This document shows, one piece after another, positions 58,011 to 64,000 of a stretch of DNA of 64,000 bases. Numbering within the stretch: the first letter of the stretch is position 1; each line of letters starts with the position of its first letter. This stretch comes from Rhodococcus rhodochrous. GTDB taxonomy: Bacteria; Actinomycetota; Actinomycetes; Mycobacteriales; Mycobacteriaceae. Where the stretch lies: positions 981,444-1,045,443 of the forward strand of contig NZ_LT906450.1 in the NCBI RefSeq assembly GCF_900187265.1. The letters are read 5' to 3'. The position numbers and the translations under genes are program-made. Below the pieces are notes generated by a model. That model did no database searches, had not been told where the DNA came from, and saw only the letters and a list, made by a program, of their open reading frames with translations.

Positions 58011-59813
58011 ATGCTGCTCGAGGATTACGGCTTCATCGGTGACCTGCAGACCTCTGCGCTCGTCGGCCGGAACGGCTCCATCGACTGGCTGTGCATGCCT
58101 GCGTTCGACTCCGGGTCGTGTTTCGCGTCCTTGCTCGGCGGTCCGGAACACGGACGCTGGCTCGTCGCGCCTACGGCGGAACCCGTGGCGGTCACCCGCC
58201 GTTACGTCGAGGGCACTCTCGTACTCGAGACCGAGTTCGAGACTGCAGAAGGTGCCGTCCGCCTGATCGACTTCATGCCTCGCCGGGGATCGGGTCCACC
58301 TCGGTTGATTCGCATCGTGGAGGGTCTGCGCGGCCGGGTGCCGATGCGCATGCATCTGTTGGTGCGTCCCGACTATGCGTCCGTCACCCCGTGGGTCGAG
58401 GCGGTGGCCGACGGTGCTGTCGCGACGGCCGGCCCGGACGCCTTCCACCTGTGCACGACGGTACCGTTGGAGATCCGTGCGGGGACCGTCGACTCCGAGT
58501 TCGTCGCCGTGGAGAGCGGACGATACCGATTCGCTCTGGACCGGTACGCATCCTTCGAACCGGCCCCCGTCGTCGAGGACGCAGAATCCGCGCTCGCGCG
58601 CACCGTGGAGTGGTGGCGTGACTGGACCGGTCGGTGCACCTACAAGGGAGCGTATCGCGACGAGGTGCTCCGCTCTCTGATCGTCCTCAAAGGAATGACC
58701 GACGAGACGACCGGTGCGATCGTGGCGGCCCCGACCACCTCCCTGCCCGAAGCGCTCGGCGGAGTGCGCAATTGGGACTACCGCTACTGCTGGTTGCGTG
58801 ACTCGGTGCTGGCACTCGAAGCGCTGCTCGCCGGGGGATACACCGGTGAGGCATTGGCATTCCGCGACTTCCTGCTCCGCGCGGGAACGGGTGATCCGGC
58901 CGATGTCCAGATCATGTACGGGATCAGGGGAGAACGTCGGCTGACCGAGTTCGAGGTGGATCACCTCCCCGGTTACGAGGGGTCGGCGCCCGTTCGGGTC
59001 GGCAACGCCGCCGCGGAACAGTTCCAGCTCGACGTGTACGGCGAAGTCCTCAGCGTGGCGTACAAGGGCGCCGAGGCGCTCGGCAGGATCGAGGTGCGCA
59101 TGTGGCCCCGATGGCAGGCCGTGATCGAGCACGTCGAGAAGATCTGGCGGGATCCCGACGACGGGATCTGGGAAACACGCGGTCCCCGGAGAGATTTCAC
59201 GCAGTCCAAGGTGATGGCCTGGGTCGTCTTCGATCGCGCCGTCCGGATTGCGGAGGGATTCGGGCTCGACGCTCCGCTCGAGCGGTGGAAGCGGACCCGC
59301 GACGAGATCCACCACGAGATCTGCGAACGTGGATACGACCCGGTCCGTGGCACGTTCACGCAGTACTACGGCTCCACGGAACTCGACGCCAGCGTGCTGC
59401 TCATACCGCTCGTCGGCTTCCTTCCGCCGACCGACGACCGGGTCACCTCCACGATCGACGCGATCCGGAGCGAACTCGGTCGCGACGGCTTCGTGTCCCG
59501 GTATTCCACGACGGATACCGACGACGGGCTTCCCGGCGACGAAGGGCAGTTCCTCGCTTGCTCGTTCTGGCTGGTGAGCGCCCTGGCGCTCAACGGCCGG
59601 GTCGACGAGGCCCGCGCATTGTTCGAGCGGTTGCTCGGACTCGCCAACGACCTGGGGCTGCTCGCCGAGGAATACGACGTGCAGGCAGGACGACAGGTCG
59701 GCAACTTCCCCCAGGCATTCAGTCACCTCACTCTCGTCGGCGCGGCCTTTGCGATCACCGTCGCCGAACGGGCGCAGGCGGCGGATCCGGTCGACGGAGC
59801 GCCGGCCGTCTGA
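58011..59813 (+). CDS. Glycoside hydrolase family 15 protein (glucoamylase/trehalase-like), paralog 2
   Basis: N-terminal DYGFIGDLQTSALVGRNGSIDWLCMPAFDS, and NWDYRYCWLRDSV in the catalytic domain. Confidence 0.85.
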   Translation: MLLEDYGFIGDLQTSALVGRNGSIDWLCMPAFDSGSCFASLLGGPEHGRWLVAPTAEPVAVTRRYVEGTLVLETEFETAEGAVRLIDFMPRRGSGPPRLIRIVEGLRGRVPMRMHLLVRPDYASVTPWVEAVADGAVATAGPDAFHLCTTVPLEIRAGTVDSEFVAVESGRYRFALDRYASFEPAPVVEDAESALARTVEWWRDWTGRCTYKGAYRDEVLRSLIVLKGMTDETTGAIVAAPTTSLPEALGGVRNWDYRYCWLRDSVLALEALLAGGYTGEALAFRDFLLRAGTGDPADVQIMYGIRGERRLTEFEVDHLPGYEGSAPVRVGNAAAEQFQLDVYGEVLSVAYKGAEALGRIEVRMWPRWQAVIEHVEKIWRDPDDGIWETRGPRRDFTQSKVMAWVVFDRAVRIAEGFGLDAPLERWKRTRDEIHHEICERGYDPVRGTFTQYYGSTELDASVLLIPLVGFLPPTDDRVTSTIDAIRSELGRDGFVSRYSTTDTDDGLPGDEGQFLACSFWLVSALALNGRVDEARALFERLLGLANDLGLLAEEYDVQAGRQVGNFPQAFSHLTLVGAAFAITVAERAQAADPVDGAPAV

Positions 59814-60127
59814 TCCGACTCCACCCGAATATCGTGTGTCCGTAAGGTCTTCGCCCGCAACCGTGCGTGCTGTATGTATCCTGAGGGTACGTACAACCCG
59901 GATACGCCCCCGTGTTCGTCGGTGTCTGTACATCGAACGAACTACATTGATGCGCTTGGAAATCGGTAGAAATCGTACGAATGTCACCGATTCGGCGGGG
60001 GCACTTCCCCGGACCCGTCGGGCACGTTTCAATGACAGGTGCAGAGGGGCTGTCGGGAGCGCAGGGGATACGCTTCCGCGTCACTTGCTCCGTCGGGGAA
60101 ACTCGCGAACGGTGGCAGGGGAGCAAT

Positions 60128-60328
60128 ATGGAACACGGTGTTGTGCTGTGGTTCGACGCGGGTCTGGGGCACGGGTTCATCCGTGACGACGACGGTACGG
60201 AGATCCTGGTGCACTATTCACAGATCGACGGGAGCGGCTACCGCTTCCTGACAGGGGGCCAACAGGTCCGATTCGAGATCGGTTACGGGATCTTCGGTCG
60301 ACAGGCGGTCAACCTGCAGGTGTGCTGA
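60128..60328 (+). CDS. csp: Cold-shock domain protein (CspA family)
   Basis: 66 aa. VLWFDAGLGHGFIRDDDGTEILVHYSQI and GQQVRFEI match the CSD (RNP1-like GHGFI). It is preceded by an ~310-nt leader. Confidence 0.85.
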   Translation: MEHGVVLWFDAGLGHGFIRDDDGTEILVHYSQIDGSGYRFLTGGQQVRFEIGYGIFGRQAVNLQVC

Positions 60329-60360
60329 CATACGGGACGTTCGGATGGTGTGATCGGGTG

Positions 60361-61017
60361 ATGGACACACAGGCGAACGAGTGGGCGGAGGAGACCCACA
60401 CCCCTGCGGCGGGTCCGACCGAAGAGCAGGTGTGGGCTTCGCGGGCCGCGATCGAGCGGGCCACGGGCGTGCTCATGGAACGGTACGGACTCGATGCCGA
60501 GCAGGCGAAGGAGACGCTGGTCCAGGCCTCCCGTCGCGCTACCGTACCGATGGCACGGTTGGCGGAGGACGTGCTCGCGTCCGATCGGGAGGGTGAGCCG
60601 TCCTCGATCCGGCAGGCCCTGGAGACCGCATCGACGGAATCCGCATCGATGCCCTCGGCGTTGCGGAAAGCCGTCGCGTTCATCGAAGCCGAAGCAACCC
60701 GTCCGATCAGACTGGCGGACATCGCCACTGCCGCCGGAATCGGGGGCCGTGCCCTGCAATACGATTTCGTGCGTCACTACCACACGACACCCATGCGATA
60801 CCTGCGGTCGGTACGGCTCGCGCGGGCCCACCGGGATCTGCAGACCGCCGACTCGAACCGCGAGACGGTCGCGTCGATCGCTGCGCGGTGGGGCTTCTCC
60901 TCGCCCGGACGATTCGCGGCCCAGTACCGGTCCGTCTACGGCCGGGCGCCACGCGTGACCCGGTCGGATCGGCTGTGGTCCGATCGAACTACTGCCGATA
61001 CTGTCGAAAACGAATAG
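60361..61017 (+). CDS. ANTAR (RNA-binding antiterminator) domain fused to an AraC-type HTH domain
   Basis: The N-terminal ...IERATGVLMERYGLDAEQAKETLVQASRRATVPMARLAEDVL is the ANTAR signature. The C-terminal part has the two-helix AraC HTH_18 region (LADIATAAGIGGRALQYDFVRHYHTTPMRYLRSVRLARAH and VASIAARWGFSSPGRFAAQYRSVYGRAPR). It starts 32 nt after the csp stop. Confidence 0.75.
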   Translation: MDTQANEWAEETHTPAAGPTEEQVWASRAAIERATGVLMERYGLDAEQAKETLVQASRRATVPMARLAEDVLASDREGEPSSIRQALETASTESASMPSALRKAVAFIEAEATRPIRLADIATAAGIGGRALQYDFVRHYHTTPMRYLRSVRLARAHRDLQTADSNRETVASIAARWGFSSPGRFAAQYRSVYGRAPRVTRSDRLWSDRTTADTVENE

Positions 61018-61028
61018 ACTGCACCGGA

Positions 61029-61047
61029 AGCGAACGATGCGTTCGCT
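61029..61047. terminator. Short hairpin (AGCGAACG atg CGTTCGCT) just after the ANTAR-AraC stop
   Basis: Read directly from the sequence. The small loop makes it weak. Confidence 0.3.
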
Positions 61048-61335
61048 GTCGCCTCTGCCGGCGGGGTGCGAGACTTCCGACGCAGGGGGTCGGATCTGTC
61101 GACCTGCCCTGTCGGCAGAGCCTCGAGTGCCCACATTCGGCCCCGGCGAGGACATTTCGGCGTATGCTCGGAACATCGGTGATCGCCTGTCACCCCCCTG
61201 CATAGACGGTCACCGCCGCCGGGTGGATCAGAGGTGGGCCATTCGTGCGATGCCGAACCCTGTCGCCCATTTCCCCCTGCTCGGGTGGCAGGGTTTCGGC
61301 GTGCTGCAGGTCGTTCGGCGCACGGGCATCTCACC

Positions 61336-61650
61336 TCAGCGGTCGGAATCTGTTCCTGCGCCTCGTGATTCCCCGGGATCGCCGTCGTCGTCCCTGTCGG
61401 AGAGGTCGGCCGCATAGGGCGCACGGGGCGGAGCGATCTCGTCGAGACGTTCGTTGATCGCGTGGGCGATCAGATCGTGCTGCAGACGGGAGAGGGGGAG
61501 CAGGCCGTTGAGATACGCCTCGATCTCCATCCTCTCCACTTCGCCACCGAGCGCGAAGTAGCGGAGCCACAACTCCTCGACGCCGAGTCGCGACGCGCGG
61601 AGCGCAGCGATGAGTTGCCGGCGATGCTCGCCGTCGGGAAGGTAGTTCAT
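61336..61650 (-). CDS. Small hypothetical protein (104 aa) downstream of the GAF-ANTAR gene in the same operon
   Basis: It starts 8 nt after the GAF-ANTAR stop, with consistent codon usage and an acidic C-terminus. No family recognised. Confidence 0.5.
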   Translation of the reverse strand: MNYLPDGEHRRQLIAALRASRLGVEELWLRYFALGGEVERMEIEAYLNGLLPLSRLQHDLIAHAINERLDEIAPPRAPYAADLSDRDDDGDPGESRGAGTDSDR

Positions 61651-61657
61651 CGCGGCG

Positions 61658-62383
61658 TCAGACCGTCTCGGTGTGGGTCGACGCGACTATCTCCGCTGCC
61701 ACCTCCCGTACGGCGATGCGTCGTTGGGCCGACAATTCGAGCAGTCGCTGCACGGCACGATCGGCATCGAGGTTCTCGCGCAGCATCACGATTCCTTTGG
61801 CGGTGGCGATCAGGTCGCGGTCGCGTAGGGCCTGCAGCAACCGTTCCTCGAGCGCTTCGGCTTCCGACAGAGTGTGCATGTTCGCCAACAGGATCGCTGC
61901 CTGGTCGGCGAAACGCCCCAGGATGTCCTCACTGTCCGCTGTATAGACATGGGGGCGCGTGGAATACACCTTCAGTGCGCCCAGCGTTCGTCCCGCGTAC
62001 CGCAGGGGAATACTGAGCGACGCGCTCATCCCTGCCTCCGCCGCCCGAGCGGACCAGTCCGGCCAGCGGGGGTCGTTCCCGAGATCGTCGACCCGCACGG
62101 TCACGGAGTCCCGGACCGCAGTCAGGCAAGGACCCTCGCCGAGTTCGTACTGCAGTGCGTCGAGACGTTCGACCAACGGTCCGGTCGCGGCAGAGGTGGA
62201 CCGGTTGCTCCCCTCGTCGACGAGGGTGAGCCCCGACCCGTCGGATCCGGGCAGGGTGTCCTTGGCGAGCGAGGTGATCGACTCCAGCACGGTGGTCACC
62301 GTCTGCTCGGTCATCAGCACTCCCGCCATGCGGGCGAAGACCGCAGCCCACGCGTCGGGAGTCGGACCCTGTGACTCCGCCAT
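61658..62383 (-). CDS. GAF-ANTAR transcription antitermination regulator
   Basis: N-terminal GAF domain (LTLVDEG..LGEGPCL...) and C-terminal ANTAR (LIATAKGIVMLRENLDADRAVQRLLELSAQRRIAVREVAAEIV). Confidence 0.8.
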   Translation of the reverse strand: MAESQGPTPDAWAAVFARMAGVLMTEQTVTTVLESITSLAKDTLPGSDGSGLTLVDEGSNRSTSAATGPLVERLDALQYELGEGPCLTAVRDSVTVRVDDLGNDPRWPDWSARAAEAGMSASLSIPLRYAGRTLGALKVYSTRPHVYTADSEDILGRFADQAAILLANMHTLSEAEALEERLLQALRDRDLIATAKGIVMLRENLDADRAVQRLLELSAQRRIAVREVAAEIVASTHTETV

Positions 62384-62506
62384 GTCCCACCTCCCGCCGC
62401 AACGCGGTCGTATACCACCGATGTACCGAACCTACCCTTCCCGAAGCGTCGGCGTTCACGGACGCACAGTCCCGATCGTCACCCTTCGACACCGCACCCG
62501 AACGCG

Positions 62507-62527
62507 TCCGGATTGGCAGAATCCGGA
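62507..62527. promoter_or_regulatory. Palindrome TCCGGATT-ggcag-AATCCGGA immediately upstream of the ligD start codon, overlapping the RBS
   Basis: Read directly from the sequence. Confidence 0.35.
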
Positions 62528-62529
62528 GT

Positions 62530-64000
62530 ATGCCGACCCGGACGATCGACGGTCACCGCATCACCCTGACCAACCTCGACAAGGTGCTGTATCCGAGCAC
62601 CGGGACGACGAAGGGTGAGGTCGTCGAGTACTACGAAGCCGTCGCCGACGCGATGCTTCCCCACATCGTGGGCAGGGCAGCGACCCGCAACCGGTGGCCG
62701 AACGGTGTCGGCGAACAGTCCTTCTTCGAGAAGAACCTCCCCGACCACGCACCGGCCTGGATCGACCGTCGCACCCTGCACCACAAGGACCGCCGGGTCA
62801 CCTACCCGCTGTTCGATTCCGCCGCCGGACTCGTCTGGCTCGGGCAGCAGGCCGCCCTCGAACTCCACGTGCACCAGTGGCGTTTCGACGGAGAGAAGGC
62901 CGGACCCGCGACCCGCATCGTCTTCGACCTCGATCCGGGCCCCGGCGTGGGCCTGGCCGAGTGCGCGGAGGTCGCCCGCCACGTGCGCGACACCGTCGCC
63001 GAACTCGGATGGACGGCCTATCCGGTCACCAGCGGCAGCAAGGGCATCCACCTGTACGTCCCACTCGATCGGATGCTGTCGTCGTCGGGGGCGTCGAAGG
63101 TCGCGAAGCAGGTCGCACGCAATCTCGAGACCACCCTGCCCGACCTGGTGACCGCGACGATGGCGAAGTCGGCGCGCGAGGGCAAGGTCTTCGTCGACTG
63201 GAGCCAGAACAACAGTTCCAAGACGACGGTCGCGCCGTACTCGCTGCGCGGCCGCGAGGAGCCGTGGGTGGCGGCGCCGCGCAGCTGGGACGAGCTCGAC
63301 GACCCCGACCTCGGGCAACTGCAGTTCCGGGAGGTCCTCGCCCGCATCGACGAGTTCGGGGATCTGCTCGCCGGTCTGGACCCGCCCCTCGGCAAGGCCG
63401 GGTCCAGCGGTAAGGCCGGGTCGGGAGACGCCCTGGATGCCTACCGCGGCAAGCGCGACGCGTCGCGCACCCCGGAACCGGTACCCGACCGCGTCCCCGA
63501 GGACGGCCCCGGCAACAGGTTCGTCATCCAGGAGCACCACGCGCGTCGCCTGCATTACGACCTGCGCCTCGAACGCGACGGTGTGCTGGCCTCGTGGGCC
63601 GTACCGAAGAACCTGCCGGACACCTCGGGGCGCAACAATCTCGCGGTACGGACCGAGGACCACCCGATCGAGTACCTGACCTTCCACGGGACGATCCCGA
63701 AGGGCGAGTACGGCGCCGGCAGCATGACCGTGTGGGACACCGGCACCTACGAGACCGAGAAGTGGCGGGACGACGAGGTGATCGTGCGGTTCCACGGCGA
63801 CAGGGTCGAGGGACGGTACGCGCTGATCCGCACCGAGAAGAACCAGTGGCTGGCGCACCGTATGAAGGACCAGTCGCCGCCGAGCACCGGGTCGTCCGAT
63901 GCCGAGCCGGCCTCCCTCGTCGGATCGTCGGGGTCCAAGGCCTTCCCGCGCGATCTCGCGCCCATGCTCGCGACCCCCGGCGACGTCTCGGGTCTCGATG
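62530..64000 (+). CDS. ligD: ATP-dependent DNA ligase LigD (POL-PE-LIG order), 5' part; continues beyond the window end
   Basis: Manual translation shows an open frame to the window end. Polymerase/primase motifs (TNLDKVLYP, SGSKGIHLYVPL, KVFVDWSQN) are followed by phosphoesterase motifs (FVIQEHHARRLHYDLRLE, HGTIPKGEYGAGSMTVWDTGTY) and the start of the ligase domain (APMLATPGD). It is absent from the ORF track because it has no stop. Confidence 0.85.
   Translation, partial: MPTRTIDGHRITLTNLDKVLYPSTGTTKGEVVEYYEAVADAMLPHIVGRAATRNRWPNGVGEQSFFEKNLPDHAPAWIDRRTLHHKDRRVTYPLFDSAAGLVWLGQQAALELHVHQWRFDGEKAGPATRIVFDLDPGPGVGLAECAEVARHVRDTVAELGWTAYPVTSGSKGIHLYVPLDRMLSSSGASKVAKQVARNLETTLPDLVTATMAKSAREGKVFVDWSQNNSSKTTVAPYSLRGREEPWVAAPRSWDELDDPDLGQLQFREVLARIDEFGDLLAGLDPPLGKAGSSGKAGSGDALDAYRGKRDASRTPEPVPDRVPEDGPGNRFVIQEHHARRLHYDLRLERDGVLASWAVPKNLPDTSGRNNLAVRTEDHPIEYLTFHGTIPKGEYGAGSMTVWDTGTYETEKWRDDEVIVRFHGDRVEGRYALIRTEKNQWLAHRMKDQSPPSTGSSDAEPASLVGSSGSKAFPRDLAPMLATPGDVSGLD

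Noticed and set aside
62384-62529. ku gene expected divergently upstream of ligD, as in M. tuberculosis
   Set aside because: No ORF with Ku-like sequence is present. The position is occupied by the GAF-ANTAR regulator and a 146-bp intergenic region.
61959-62618. Plus-strand ORFs overlapping the GAF-ANTAR gene and the ligD start region
   Set aside because: They are antisense to or out of frame with GAF-ANTAR. The true ligD frame starts at 62530 and is open to the window end, and it was identified by manual translation.

Overview
High-GC (about 68-70%) actinobacterial chromosomal segment, Corynebacteriales-like (Rhodococcus/Gordonia/Nocardia/Mycobacterium type). Gene content and order are partly syntenic with Mycobacterium tuberculosis Rv0883c-Rv0908 (sepH-like, serC, citA, pdxH, gltA2, accD3-like, echA6-like, MBL hydrolase, ctpE-like) and end in a POL-PE-LIG LigD. 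Gene density is high, with about 60 CDS. Many of the long ORFs in the supplied six-frame track are GC-driven antisense artefacts, and real genes were chosen by recognisable protein families, start/stop coupling (ATGA/GTGA overlaps) and RBS context. Several non-syntenic insertions interrupt the mycobacterial gene order. These are a LysR regulator flanked by two class-A beta-lactamase-like genes (one Tat-lipoprotein copy frameshifted in a G6 run). An XRE/membrane/ABC-2 cassette carries a perfect AT-rich palindrome. A translationally coupled ABC-F/Hsp15-like pair, a frameshifted MFS gene, and an SPFH/RHH cluster are also present. A LytS-like (sensor-less)/LytTR two-component system sits upstream of two tandem DUF485-ActP symporter pairs, one of which has an ~85-aa insertion. 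Further on are a DUF6325-SHOCT pair and a csp gene with a long leader. That csp is followed by an unusual ANTAR-AraC fusion regulator next to a GAF-ANTAR regulator and ligD. No rRNA, tRNA, CRISPR array or obvious IS/transposase was recognised.
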